DNA from: Carcharhinus amblyrhynchos
Taxonomy: Eukaryota
DNA length: 64,000 bases
Assembly (NCBI GenBank): GCA_965287045.1
Contig: OZ336882.1
Span: forward strand, 58,838,001-58,902,000
Direction of reading: 5' to 3'
Of the stretch, positions 1-12,885 are shown piece by piece (the stretch's first letter is position 1; every line of letters starts with the position of its first letter). A program made the translations under genes and the position numbers. A model generated the notes under the pieces. It saw only the letters and a list, made by a program, of their open reading frames with translations, was not told the origin of the DNA and made no database searches.

Positions 1-419
1 GGCTGGCATTGAAACCTCCAGAAGATGAAGGGGACCTACGCGGTATTTATAGTCAGCAGGTGCTGGATGACACAAGTGCTCGAACCATCGAGTGAAGGGG
101 TGATATTTTAGAACAAAATCATGATAGCTCTCTAATTAACAGCAGACAGATGTCAAACTCCTGCATTGTAAAATGCATACCTCAGGAGCAGTGCCCGGAA
201 TAAGTGAGATTTCCCATTAACCCCTCCAACGCTGGATTGCATCTGCAGCCTTCAAAGTTTTAACACAGGTCTTGACTTCTGAAAGCTGAAATGTAGCTTG
301 TTTTTTTTAAACAGAAGTTTAACATGGCTTCCTTGTTTTTGTACTGTTTCCCTATTAATAAAACAAAGGATTTTTTAAAAATTGCCTTCACACCACTGCT
401 ATCACTCAAACCAGCTCCC

Positions 420-771
420 ACCCATTGATACGGACTACATTTCTTGCTGCCTTGGAAAAGCAGCCAGAATATTCGAGGACCCCACACACTCTGGGCATAC
501 CATCTTCTACCTTCTTCCGTTGAGAAAAAGATACAAAAGTCTGAGGACACACCAGTCGACTCAAGAACAGCTTCTTCCCTGTTGCCATCAGAATGGATCT
601 ACCTCGCACTAAGTTGATCTTTCTCTATACCCTAGCTATGGCTGTAACGCTACATTGTGCAGTCTCTCCTTTCCTTGTCTCTGTACGGTATGCTTTATTT
701 GTACGCGCAAGGAACAATACTTTTCACTGTATACTAATACATGTGACAATAATAAATCAAATCAAATCAAA
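420..771 (+). mobile_element. Rex1/Babar-type LINE 3' end
   Basis: Decayed ORF2 C-terminus (HSGHTIFYLLPLRKRYKSLRT..., then KNSFFPVAIR), 3' UTR with AATAAA and (TCAAA)n tail. Confidence 0.75.
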
Positions 772-1159
772 CATATCTCACTACCTTCTAACATTTGGGT
801 ATACATACACTCTCTGTTCCTGCTCACCCTTTATAATTTTACAGTTTAGTTCACATCGCCTTTGCTCACACATTTTACAAAAATGCATCAATTCACACTT
901 CTTTGCTTTCAATTTCATCTAATGTTTGTTTGCCCATAAACACCAGCCTACCTATGGCCTCCTGAGGTCTGTTTCTTCTTCACATTGTTTATTACTGTTC
1001 TGAGCTGAAATTTTGTTTATGGCAAATTGTGAAATTATGTTTTGGATATCTAAACGCAGCTCATTAATTTATATCAAAAAGAGCAGTTATACCAATATCA
1101 CACCCAGCGCAACTGCAAACTTCTCTCTAATCCAAAAAAGAACCATTCGACACTATTTT

Positions 1160-1500
1160 CTTTAAAGCTTATTTGTTCATGGGAAGTTGGCATCACTGGC
1201 TAGACCAGCATTTCTTTCCCAACCCTAATTACCCTTGAGAAGGTGGTGGTGAGTCTCCTTCTTAAACTGCTGCAGTCCATAGGATATAGATACACACATA
1301 GGGAGGGTGTTCAGGTAATTTGATCCGATGACACAAAGGAAACTGATAAAATCCAAGTCAGCATGGTCTGTGGTTTGGAGGAGAACTTGTAGATGGTGTT
1401 GTTTCCATATGTCAATTGCCTTTGCCCTTCCCAGTAATGGAGGTTGCAGGTTTGGAAGGTGCTATCAACGAAGACTTGGTGAGTTGCTAAAGTGCATCTC
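1160..1500 (-). mobile_element. L2-group LINE 3' end
   Basis: Matches the 3' ends at 26130-26865 and 29825-30400 (caccaccttctcaagggtaattaggg...gctggtctagccag...cccatgaa). Confidence 0.65.
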
Positions 1501-1779
1501 CCCTGAAAACTCCCTGTTATCTGACCCTTAGCCAATTTTGTATCCATTTCATCACTGCCCTTTTAATCCTATAGGTTTTAGTTTTGCTAACAAATCTATT
1601 TTAATGTACTTTATGAAAGGCAAGGGCACATATACAACATCAACTGCATTACTACCATCAATACTTATCATTATATCAGTGATTGTAGACCCTATAATAG
1701 TGTGATCATGTCTCAGCATATTTTAAACTAAGTTAGAAAAGAGATAGTCAAGATGTTAGTCCATATATAATTCATTATT

Positions 1780-2675
1780 CAGATAAAGGGAATAGTCTAA
1801 ATTAGGAGACTAATGGACAATCAAAGTTATTCCTAATTTTAAGAAGACAGATAAAACAAGTCCATGAAATAATAGACAGATTAGCTTAATATCAGTGGCA
1901 GGAAACATAATGGAACCTTTACTCAAACATGCAATATAAAAGCACCTAAAAATAGAAGATATAATAGTGGTCAACGTGGAATTTAAAAGAGAAGGTCATG
2001 CATGACCAATCTTACTGCATTTTTGAAAGTACAGGCTTAGGTAATGTAGTAGATGTAATATATTTGGATTTTCAAAAGATTTTCGAAAAGGCCTCATGAG
2101 TAGGGTCCTGACCAAAGTCAGACAGTGTGGGCCGATTATAAACCTTCCTGAGTGTGGTACAGGTAAAAGAATAGATAACAAGTTGACTACAGACCTGAAA
2201 ACATTAAGTTGGGGTTGCAGGAGGCCTGGTGGGCAGAAGGTGGGAAGTAGTTTTCCAGAGAGATTGGTGACGTTCCCCATTTATGTCAATAATTTGAACC
2301 CAGGAATTGAAAATAAGATTTCTAAACTTGCGGATGACACCAAGCTGGGGTGTAGTTGATACAAACGCAGACTGTGACAAAATCCAAGAATGAGTGTTCA
2401 CCTGGAAAAAAATCTCAAAGTAGTAAGTGACTTGATATTATAACGTTGAATGGGTTTGATAGAATAAATGGAGAGAAGATGTTTCCATTTGTTGAGCAAT
2501 CAAAACTAGGGCCATTAATATAGGTGGCCACAAAATGCAGTATGAAATTCAGGAGGAACTCAGAGTAGAAAGATTTTGGAACTTGTTAACACATGGAGTA
2601 GTTGAGGCGAATAGCATAGATGCATTAAAGGGGAGGCCAGATAAGCAAATGAGGGAAATATGAATAGAAGGCTAA
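1780..2675 (+). mobile_element. Old degenerate CR1 LINE
   Basis: Residual RT motifs (YLDFQK; SKLADDTKLG in ORF 2096-2359) and CR1 3' region. Confidence 0.75.
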
Positions 2676-2684
2676 TTGTATCAC

Positions 2685-2778
2685 TGTTATACATGACATT
2701 TCAACAGTGAATATGCTTCAAAAGTTCTTCATTGGCTGTGAAGCATATGAAAGGAGCAGTTTAAATTCCAGTCTTTCT
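2685..2778 (+). mobile_element. DeuSINE (SacSINE1-like) 3' fragment
   Basis: caacagtga...cttcaaaag..cttcattggctgtgaagc...tgaaagg tail shared with other copies in the window. Confidence 0.6.
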
Positions 2779-2789
2779 TTTATTTTCTA

Positions 2790-3300
2790 TAACATAGTGA
2801 ATAGTGATTGTATCTCTGTAATGCAGTGATGCTATCTCTACAATAGTAATGGTATCTCTGTAATAGGACTGAATCTCTGAAATACAATGAGTTATATTTC
2901 CATAATGCATTTGCTCTCATAGAATATTTAAACAGGTGTCTTTTTTACATCCTGCCATTAAACACCCGGTCTGGTACACACTCCACCCGTTACAAACCTT
3001 ACATGTTACACATCCTCTGTTAAGCATTCTGTCAGTTATACAGCCCACCCTTTATAAACGTGGCCTATTACACACACTGTCCATTATATAGCTCACTCCT
3101 TGTGAACCCCACCCATTATTTTCCCTGCTTGTTATTTGGTCTGTTAGTATAACCCTGTTCCCTGTACAACCCACCTGTATACATCTGTCATATAACCTGT
3201 CCATTATAGGCCAACCCTTTATAAACTCTGCCCATTATACTGTTGTTACCGTTATACCACCCACTATAAACCCTGTAATATATCCAGCCATTATGCACAT
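2790..3300. repeat. Decayed short-period tandem/low-complexity repeats
   Basis: Recurring tatctctgtaat (about 20-bp spacing), then recurring cc(c/t)gttat/ccattata motifs. Confidence 0.5.
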
Positions 3301-3399
3301 GCTCCATTGCATTCCGACCCCACCCCTTGCCAACATAATATCATGTCGGCGAGGTTTACAACTGCTATTCAAAAATAGGAGCCAGACGAAAGGGACAGG

Positions 3400-3660
3400 A
3401 AAGCATGGTCCCTGGGGGGGGAGAGGAGCATGCCTGGGCAATACTCTGGCACTGCCCTCCTTGCACCCTGGCATTGCATAGACCGGGGCCCTCTGGGGAG
3501 CTCCATTGGTGGTGGGGGTCCTCTTATTGGTTGTGGGGGTGGGGCGAGTCCTCTTATTTGTTGGGGAGGTGGGGAGTTCCTGTGCCCATGTGTGCGTGGG
3601 GGGAGTTCCTCATGTTTGAGGGGAGAGGGTTTTTATGTGTGTGCAGGGAGGGCTCCTGTA
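3400..3660. mobile_element. Internal fragment of the GC-rich Harbinger-type non-autonomous family
   Basis: tggcactgccc/tggcattgc motifs and G-rich tract like the copies at 24258, 36320, 45067 and 47178. Confidence 0.45.
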
Positions 3661-3675
3661 TTTTCTATCGGAGAA

Positions 3676-3988
3676 GCACGATGGCACAATGGTTAGCACT
3701 GTTGCCTCACAGTGCCAGGGTCCCAAATCCTGGCTTGGGTCACCGTCAGTGCACAGTCTGCACATTCTCCCCATGTCTGCGGGGGTTTCCTCCAGGTGCT
3801 CCAGTTTCCTCCCACAGTCCAAAGATGTGTGGGTGAGGTGGATTGGCAATACTATATTGCCTCTTAGTGTCGAGGGACTAGCTGGGTTAATGCATGGGTT
3901 ATGGGGATAAAGCCTGGGTGGGATTATGATTGGTGCAGACTCAATGGGCCGAATGGCTTCCCTCGACATTGTAGGAATTCTATAATCT
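3676..3988 (+). mobile_element. HE1-type V-SINE, full length
   Basis: tRNA-like head (tggcacaatggttagcactg), V domain (gggtttcctccaggtgctccagtttcctcccacagtccaaagatgtg), CR1-like tail (gcagactcaatgggccgaatggc). Confidence 0.85.
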
Positions 3989-5009
3989 AAAATTAGGACC
4001 CTTTAAAAATTAAGCCCTGATCTCTGGATTTGATTACTGGATTTTTTTTCACTCCAGCAGCGCGGACCATGTCTCTAGAATTTTTCCACATGAAGTGTTG
4101 TGTTAAATGGAGAGAAAAGTCAGTTGTGCAGCCGGCGAGCTGCATGCGGGTTTTCTCTCCTCAATCATCACTCTGTGTAGAGAATGGAAAATTCCACCCA
4201 GAATGTGCAAAGGTAATTTAGCTTCAATGTCCCTGTGTTTAATTCCCGGAGAGTCCTGGAGGGTTGGCAACCCTGGTGTCACAGACTGTACTAGGCTTCC
4301 TGTGTTGGACCAGGGTAAATCCACCACCTACTGCAGCACTGAGCATACAGGGTGGTCTCCTTGAGACTTCTCAACCTATGCCTCTCTGTTTGAAGCTTAC
4401 AACCTTCCACTGTTGTAGCACTAGTGATTCTAGACGGAACACCTTTACAAAGCCCTGTGTGTGAGAATAGAGAAGGGTTTATTTGGCAGTTTTTATATTT
4501 AAAGAGAAAACTTCTCATTCAGAAATGCTGAAAGGCTCCGTCTTTGACTACTGTTTTTGCTCCTGAACAAAATGAACATTTTGCTGAAAGGTTAAACAAA
4601 TAGCTGGCACTTTCTGTAGCTTGTCAATTCCTGTACTTCATGTAATGGGAGGAAAATAGGGAGCATTAACCGAATACAGATGGGAACAATTTGATCCGAC
4701 AATCTAGCTTTTCATGTGTTAAGCGAGGGAGGCTTGGAAGGCTCCATTACTCCCTCCAGCTCCTTTACTTGTTTCAATTTAATTTTAATCATATTCTCAG
4801 ATTTAATAAGGCAACAATTACAGGGTAGTAGTGTCACCAGCCTAAATTGGTGCATGTCTACATCAGCTCCACCAGTAAGTGGGGGCAGGATGTGCAATGT
4901 GCTTCTGTCCGTTGTTGTAGTTCAGCTACACTGGCTCCTGCTGGCTCCATTGGCAAGGACCACTTGTGGCACTGCTGCTGAGGACCTGTAAAAACCCCGG
5001 TCTAATCCA

Positions 5010-5300
5010 TGTCCTAAATGTAGCTGTTACTAGGGGGCATAACTGTAAGGTTCATGGTGGGAGATAGAGGAGGGATGTCCGAGGTAGATTCTTCACTCAG
5101 AGAGTGGTTGGGGTGTGGAATAGACTGCCTGCTGTGATATTGGAGTCAGAACTTTAGGAACTTTCAAACGGTTAGTGGATAGGCACATGGAGCACTCCAG
5201 AATTATAGGGAGGGGATAGCTTGATCTTGGGATTGGACATAGCTCGGCACAACATTGAGGGCTGAAGGGCCTGTACTGTGCTGTACTGTTCTATGTTCTA
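5010..5300 (+). mobile_element. CR1 LINE 3' end
   Basis: Near match to the 3' end of the copy at 49792-51395; tail ctgtactgttctatgttcta. Confidence 0.85.
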
Positions 5301-5334
5301 ACCTGATCATGGTTCAAGCAATACTGGTGGCGCT

Positions 5335-6390
5335 AATCAGTCACAATGGGAATTTGCTGTCTGCAAATTGGCTGCTGTGTTTTTGACATTACAACACGTA
5401 GAGGCAAGAAAGTATTAGATTAGAGAGGCGTCTGTGTTGGCACAGTGGGCCAAAGGGCCTGCTCCTGCACTGTACCGTTCTTCCTCTCTCTCTTTCTTTC
5501 TTTCTCTCTTTCTTCAACAGTGACTGCACCTCAAAAGATACTTCTTTGGCTATAAAGTCTTTTAGGGACATCCTGGGGTGGATTTTATCCGTGGGGAATG
5601 CATTGCTGGTCCCTCCATTGGACATGTCAATCAGTAACTTGCTGACTTTAGAAAGGACTGTCCTGCAGCAAAAATACCCCAAGGGTGGCGTTAAAAATAG
5701 ATGAGAGTTGGACTAATTCCCCTTAGGGACAGGAATTCTCACCCTTGAGAACTGCCGGCTACTCTGATTGGCCAGCAACTGAGTAGCCCCAGCGATGCAG
5801 AACACAGTAGTGGCCATTGCTGGGACGACAAGAGAATCTCAAGAACAATGACATGGAGACCGGACTTAAGGTGAGTCCAAGGTTTTTTGCGTTGAGGAGG
5901 GTTTAGCGATCATATTGAGGGGATTGTTGATGGAGAAGAGTGAGAGTTTGGCTTTGAGAGGCTGGAGCTAGGGTGGGCAGTGGTGGTGGAGACACAAAGG
6001 GAAGGGCCCATCTTGTGGGGGAGAGGGGATTTGGTTTAAAGGAAAGATCCCCCCCACCTCTTCCTTATTACTGAGTTGAGAAAGTAGTGAGCTGGCCATT
6101 TTCCTTCCATCACACCTTGCACACCGTACTATGGTGGCAGAGGTGGAATAAAGTCTTTAAGTGTTCTATAATTAGCAACTTAAGGACCTCAATAGATCAA
6201 AAGGCGGTCAGACTGGTTGATGCCTTTTATGCCCATCGTAATATGTTGAGTTAGCCACCCATTTTGTTTTGTGTGCCTCCTCCCCTCTGCGTTCATATAA
6301 AGTGGTGGTGTTGGGTAGAGCGGGGGAGGGGGGTGCTCATTAAATCACTCCCTCCAAGTTTATGAAAGGCGTTACATAAATACAAGTCTG
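5335..6390 (+). mobile_element. DeuSINE 3' half, split by a short CR1 tail/CT microsatellite (about 5410-5512) and by a Harbinger-type element
   Basis: gcaaattggctgctgtgttt...caacagtgactgcacctcaaaag...gggacatcc resumes at about 6361 as tgaaaggcgttacataaatacaagtct. Confidence 0.6.
5575..6352. mobile_element. Harbinger-type non-autonomous element
   Basis: Imperfect TIRs ggggtggatttta ... taaatcactccc; interrupts a DeuSINE. Confidence 0.55.
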
Positions 6391-7134
6391 CCTGTCTGCC
6401 TTTTAGTTCTTCACTTTCCGCATTGGAAAGTACATGAGCCATGTTGAACAAGGACGGGTTATCTGAAACTTTCCTCTTCTGCACCCCCTGTGACTGAAGG
6501 ACACGGGATGAAGTGCGGTTGGTAGCTGTTCAAATGTCTGTGCAAAGAGGGTAGCAGAGAAATCCACAGAGAATCAACACAGCGGCAGTGAGGCACAACG
6601 AAAGTTGACATCCCGCCATCTGTCTCAACAGGGTGAAGGGAAATGTTGAGAATGCAGAAGAGAGGCCAGTGAGGCCAATTTTCTGACCTTGCACCATCTG
6701 ATTGGCAAAGGTTTGCCACTAGCAGTGGGCATTTGGAGAATTAGCCACTTAACTGTTTGGTTTGGAGCGATATGATGCCAACTTTTCACTGACTGCTAAC
6801 GTGGAGGCAATTATGTGTATCTTATTTTTAAAAGTACAGTGTGGTGTTTTACTTGGAGCTGGCATACCTGACAGCAGCCTTTGTCATGTCTCACACTTGG
6901 CTGGTTTCCCCAGGCAGCAGCAGATGGAAATGGATTTGACGGGAGCTGATGGTCAAGGGTTTGTTGTAATGGGTCGGATGGAAATTTTTTACCACAATGG
7001 GCTCACACAGGTTTAATAAAATAATTCTTCCGTGGGGTGCCGGTGCTGCTGAACAAGGCCAGTATTTGTTGCCAATCAGCAATTTGTCTTTGAGCTGAGT
7101 GGCAAACCAGACTATTTCCAAAGGCAATTAAGGG

Positions 7135-7258
7135 AGGGATTTTATGGGCTCGCTCGAGCGAGACCAGAAATTCCCACCTGAGGTCAACAGACATTTCCGC
7201 TGTCTGCCCCCTCACCCGGTTTGATTCTGTGGCAGGCGGGATGGTAGAATTTGGCATT
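7135..7258. mobile_element. Short Harbinger-type MITE
   Basis: gggattttat...gtagaatttggc ends; internal homology to 44950-45050 and 40530-40642. Confidence 0.5.
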
Positions 7259-7269
7259 AGAATCAACTA

Positions 7270-7362
7270 CAACAACAAAAACAGAAAATGCTGAGAAATC
7301 TCAACAGGTCTGTGGAGAGAAAATAGAACCCACATTTTGAGCCAGGATGACCCTTCTTCAGT
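7270..7362 (-). mobile_element. Penelope-like terminal fragment with degenerate hammerhead core
   Basis: Same family as 19130-19363 and 35250-35395; minus strand CTGAAGA-AGGGTCATCCTGGCTC-AAAA. Confidence 0.55.
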
Positions 7363-7464
7363 TATGGAGACTCCTAGTTGGGCAACAGGCTTCCACCACA
7401 TAGAAAAAAAAATGTTTTCATGCCATGATAAGACAGATCTTCTCTCTGCATTGGATCCCTGAGG

Positions 7465-7850
7465 GTTCAAAGACTGAGGACTGACCTAATAGAGAGCTAT
7501 TGAAATTCTGAAAGATTTTGATCATGATTGTGTGAATACAAAGAGAATGTTTCCTCTTGTATGGTTGAGCATAACTAGAGGCTGTGAAAATAAGGTGGTT
7601 ACCAACAAATCCAATAGGGAATTCAGAAGAGGCCTCTTTATTCAAAGTGTGATGGAAGTGTAGAACTGGCTACTATAGGGATTGGTTGACGAGGATAGTA
7701 CAGATGCATTTAAAGAAAAACTAGGCAAGCATTGAAGGAGAGGGAATAGAACATTACAGTGGTAGACCTTGATGAGGAAAGATGGAGGTGGATTGAGAGG
7801 TGCAAAAACATCAGGGGTAAGGCCAAATGACCTGTTTCTGTGCTGTCTAT
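7465..7850 (+). mobile_element. Old CR1 3' end
   Basis: gacctaatagag...actagagg...tttattcaaag...ggccaaatgacctgtttctgtgctg. Confidence 0.7.
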
Positions 7851-9939
7851 CCAATGCAAACCTGATTGGTTGGATGGCTGGGAAGCAAAAGGGTGAGGGA
7901 TTGGATACCATCTGAAGCTTTATACGGCACATGGAACACTCACTACACGGCAGAGTGAGGGGAAGGAGGAACGCAAAAAGGGGGACAAGAGAAGCAGGAA
8001 CACTTGAGGAGAGCGAGATGAGGAATACAAGCTACTGCTCCCAATTAAATCACCGAGCAGTGGCGTGTAACAAGAGGATAAAGAATAAATAGGACGGAAA
8101 AATCGGCGAGAAAAAGAGTCTGACAAAACAGAGAAGTTTCGTCATGAGAAACACTTTCTTCTCTTTGGATTAGTGGGAGACGCATGCTGGGGAGTTACTG
8201 GCTTTCCTCGGTCCTTTCAGATCTCTGTCTATTTACTGCTTCACTACAAGTGCAGTGGAGAGTAAATTCCACAGACAAATTTCTGCCTTTGTTGTTGCTG
8301 GTTTGAAAGACAACCACATGTCTGCTCCTACACATCAAGAGCATTCCTCCCTTACATCCCAGCTTAGTCTTCCCCATTTCAATCCCCTTTCTCTTCAACT
8401 GTGACGCACAGCCACTCCCCCTTCTAAACGTGAACAAATTACGCTAATCCTCCCTGTAAAGAATGGCCAAAATAGTGCAGCCTTTGAACTCTGGGCCATC
8501 CATTTTGCCTCCTGCTGTTTTGCTTCATCCTTTTCTCTCTCCCTTCTCTCCTCATTAGTACTCCCACTGCCCCTTTGCAGTGACCCCAGCCCTTTAGCCG
8601 TGCCCTTTGATAAATTTGATCTTGTACTAACAAGAGCCTGGACACATTCTGAGGCGCTTTTTAATTGCTGCGCAGTCCCACGAGCCTCGGATTCCTAAAA
8701 TGCACACACCCCTCCATCAATTTGAATACTCACTCTCTTGACTTTCGCTTGCTTGCTTGGCTCCGTTGGACTGTCTTTCCACCTTGCTCACAACCTGGTG
8801 CAGAAATTCAATACGGGGTTGGGCGGGGGGGGGGTGGATTTATTCGAGACATTCTTACTTCATGTAACCTACCCTCCACCTCCTTCCCATCCATCACTCC
8901 CGCTGATGCACACAAAGAAATGGGCAGGCTGCAATTCATTATGACAGTTTGATGTAATGGTCAGGGAATTCTGGAAAAGTAGTTTGAGAGAATGTGATCT
9001 CCAAGCATTCTTCTCATTTCTCGTAGCATCCCACAGATACTGAGATGGGTCTGCTTGAATCTTGTTAGAGGTAGGCCCCTATAATTGCTTTGCTTTCGAC
9101 AGCACATCCCAGGATACATATAGAGCACCGTGATGGCGTATTGGTGTGGGTCTTTTGTAAGGGGGAGGTAGGGGAGTTGAGAAACATAGCAAAGTAGCAA
9201 TTAAAGGTGCTAAGGGGGAAACTAGAGCATTAATTGGACACCCCCCCAACCCCCATATTTCTGAACAAGCAAGCTATGCGCACTCGTGAAAAGTTAAAAT
9301 GAAATGTAGGGCAATGCACAAAGTTCTTTATCGCTGGCACACTGCAGCTTTGTGTAACATACTGCACCCACAACAAGGCAACCTATACACACCACGCAGG
9401 CTTCACTTCCACAAGTCAATTTGCCAATCAGCGCTGAACCCCAATCTGTAATTATGTTCAGTTTAATGAGCTATGCTACAAACCACAGCATCAAATGAGA
9501 CTTACAGTGCTGGAATGTAGATTGCGTGTCTCCTAGACAGGCAACTAAAATTATATAGTGTCTCAATTTGAGTGGCATATGTACACTTCCGTAGTCTTCC
9601 TTGTTTCTTACTGTGAAATAAGTGTAGACTGACAAAAGGCTGAATCAATAAACTATTTGTTTGCTGCCTGAGCTCCGTGTATATGTTACTGCTTTGTCAT
9701 ATGCTCAATCCTTCATGAACAATGACTCTGGGTTCTATGTTATTTACTGTATGGCGCTCTCCCTGCATTTTACACTCTCCCACAATACCCTCTGGGGTCT
9801 GTGTTACGCCCTGTTAAACTGCACATTCTCTGCTTTCTGTTGCCCTCTATCTCACACATTCTGTAAACCTCACTCGAACCCGTGATCACCGTGCAAAACA
9901 GATCAACCTTTCGGAGCCTTAGACAAAGCTGAGAGTTTC

Positions 9940-10470
9940 AGACAGAAAGGTGTGCATTTCTATAGCACCTTTCATGATCTCGCACTGTTTCACAGTACTT
10001 TACAGCCAATGAAGTTCTTAGTCTTGCACTGTAGGACATGCTGCAGCCGAGATGCTCACAGAAGGATCCCTAAAACAGCAATACAAAATAACCAATTAAG
10101 TTACTTGAGGATAATATATTGGCCAGAACACCAGAAGCCTACTCTATGAAGTAGTGCCATGAAATATTTTCCATCCAACCTTTGAAGGCAGACAAGGATC
10201 AGAATCTTATCAATGTTCACACTGGCGGAATTTTCCCACCCTGCCGCGGTGAATGGAGAATTGGCTGGCAGTGGGGGTGTGGCATGAATGGGTGGCAAGA
10301 CCATGCCCAAGGCATCAGTTTAATGTTGTACCTGAAAGATGGCACCTCTGATAGTGCAGCACTCCCCCAGTTCGTCAGCGGAGTGTCAACCTAGATTTTT
10401 GCTCTCTGGACTGGGAACTGAACACACAACCTGGGTCTGAGAAAGGAGTGCGTGTTACCAGCTGAGCACA
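9940..10470 (-). mobile_element. DeuSINE (SacSINE1-like) with a small MITE at about 10222-10310
   Basis: Reverse complement of the Deu domain and tail (tgcatttctatagcacctttcatga; gaaagatggcacctctgatagtgcagcactccc). Confidence 0.65.
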
Positions 10471-11454
10471 CAATTCATTCCCAATCCTTCCACCCGTAAC
10501 CCTTTCGTAATCCTAAACACCGTGTCAAATGAAGTTGTGAGAGAATCCCACCCCGCTTCTTTCGACAGTGGACAGCTCACATTGCTCTAAACAAAAACAG
10601 GAAAGCAGCTCCGAATTGTCTCTGTTCATTCAATTAGTATGGAACATCCAAGGGCCTGGTAACCGTGTGTGAAAAATAATAAAATAGATTCCATGAAAAG
10701 CATACAGGACTGGACACCCACCCCCCACTCCTGCCTTACCCAATAGATTTGTACAGATTACTGCCTCCTCTCATCTCCCCTTTGTTAATAGTAAAACCAC
10801 CTCTTCATCTCTGCTTTAATCCCACTTGAGGCAACCCAGAACCTGCGACACCATTCAGATAAGAAAATAGACTTGGCAAAGGCTGCTTTATGGGTGCAGG
10901 GAAGGATCAGCTCCACTTGAGAGGTTTTAGATTGACGAGGTCCTGATTGTCCTGTATTGTGACATGTATTGTGAATGAGGGAGCAAGACGCTGACCAGTG
11001 GCAGCTCCATTGGACCCAATTTGCAGCTCGCTTTTCCCAGTTGCCATGGAAGCCTAAAATCATACACCACCACAAGGCTGTTGCTGCAAAATAATATTCT
11101 ACTTCTCCGTGTGAACATTTTCTCTTGGCCTGCAGCAGCCGATTATTTGGTTGCTTGTTCGTTGAATATTGTCTTTTTTTAAAAAAAAGTTGATGGTAAA
11201 TCCTTTTGTAAACATAGTTCAAGATAATTCACTCCTGGGATTGGCTTTGCCTGTCAGTGCAATGAGGTCATGTGCCAATAAGTGGCTGGCTGTGGATTTG
11301 CAGCAGTGATTCCACAACCTGTGACAGACCCTGTTCGTGCGATGATTGTGGAGATCGTGCGGAGAAAGGGGAAATATTTAGTGAACCACATTGATGCACT
11401 TGTTTGTAGAGGGAGAGATGCAATGGTCAGTGAGTAGAAAAATCGCGTGGCTCA

Positions 11455-11600
11455 AACACAGGATTGTAGAACTGTTATGGCACAGAAGGAGGCCAGTCGG
11501 CCCATCGTGTCTGAGCAGGCCCTCCAAGTGAGCACTTCACCTGGTGCAATTCTCCCACTATCTCCCTGTAACCCTACACACTTTCTTTCTTTTCAGATCA
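11455..11600 (-). mobile_element. CR1 3' tail
   Basis: Same tail as the element starting at about 22003 (ggcacagaaggaggcca..cggcccatcgtgtctg). Confidence 0.65.
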
Positions 11601-11717
11601 TTCATGCAAACTCGCTGGTGTACAGATGTATAAGAATCCATGGTTGGTGGTGGTGATTTTGTGTTGAGAGGTGTATCTGAATATGAAAGAAACAGATAAG
11701 GGCACGCCAGAAACAAA

Positions 11718-12160
11718 GGGCATGACTTTGCCCACGAGCTTCCAGGTCCTGATGTCTGGGTTAAACAGTGTTCAGAAACTCATACCCAGCAGTGATTTTC
11801 CATGAATTAGCCAACTAGTGGTCATGGGTGGGCTGGTTGTCCAGTTAAGGATGGTGGGTGGGCTCTCAAGGGTGGAAGGCCTCCCAGCATGGAAGACACA
11901 GCAGGCTGCCTCCAAGAAGAGATGGAAGCTCCTTCCCACTTCAACCTTTTGATGTAAAAATTAGCAATAAGCAGCCAGGCCACAATTATGGAGTGGGGGG
12001 GATTTGCTTCAAGGTCTGCCTAGAGTGTTGCACCCCCCCCAGCCCCTCCCATTCCGGGGTTCCACCAAGATATTACCCCCAGGAAGCTAGGCTTGCCCTG
12101 ACCCTTCTAATAATGGCCATTAGCAGGCCTTAACTAGCTCAATTGGCTCTTCTCTGCTAG
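11718..12160. mobile_element. Old Harbinger-type element fragment
   Basis: gggcatgactttgccc TIR-like start; GC-rich interior with palindromic taatggccatta. Confidence 0.35.
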
Positions 12161-12349
12161 GGGTCCTGGGCACAGAACACAATATGCTGGCCAACAATGT
12201 GAATTTTATGCTGGCCAACAATGTGAATTTCTGTCCCTTCCCCCCCCACCAAGCCCTCATCTGCCCTTGTGCTCACATTGGGGCTAATCATCTTCCCTAA
12301 AGATTTGGTAACACACCTCCAAACTTGGGCATGCATTAACACACACAGA

Positions 12350-12885
12350 GAAACATAGGATGTTAGGAACAGGAGATAGGCCATTGAGCCCCTTAGAGCC
12401 TGCTAACTTATTCAATTAGCTCGAGGTGTGTATACCACGATTCCGTTTACCTGCCTTTGCTCCCTATTATTTGGTACCCTATCCAACAAAAATCGATCAG
12501 CCTCATTCTTCAAAGTTCCAACTGTCATAGAATCCACAGCCTCTTTTTGGAAGAGAATTTCTAGTGCCCTTTATGTAGAAAAATGCTTCCTGAATTGTCT
12601 TGCTCGAAATTTATTACGCTTCCTCATTTTTGGTGCCCCTACTAGAGAAGATACTTTCTTTAAGTCTGGTCTATCAAATCCTTTTAGCCAAATAACATCA
12701 CTCTTCAATCTTCTATGATCTTTGTGCTAACCTGCCCTCGCAATTTAAGTCTTTCAGTCCCAGTATCATTCTGGAGAATCTGTATTGTACCTCTAACATT
12801 TCCCTCCTTGGGCTGACATGCCCAAAACTGAACATAGCACTCCTGAAGACCAATGCCCTAAGCAATTGAATTATAACTTCCCCTT
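12350..12885 (-). mobile_element. Old CR1 3' portion, continuing at about 15143-15225 after a nested insertion
   Basis: Tail aggaacaggagataggccatt; ORF 12713-12925 contains VQYRFSRMILGLKDL. Confidence 0.7.

Noticed and set aside
3676-3760. tRNA genes at SINE heads
   Set aside because: A/B-box heads run directly into SINE bodies, with no complete cloverleaf.
10735-10860. Possible FGFRL1 acidic-linker exon (minus-strand TGG|gtaagg donor)
   Set aside because: In-frame stops lie shortly upstream in the required phase, and there is no acidic character.
12183-12230. 24-bp tandem duplication
   Set aside because: Ordinary slippage duplication with no further structure.
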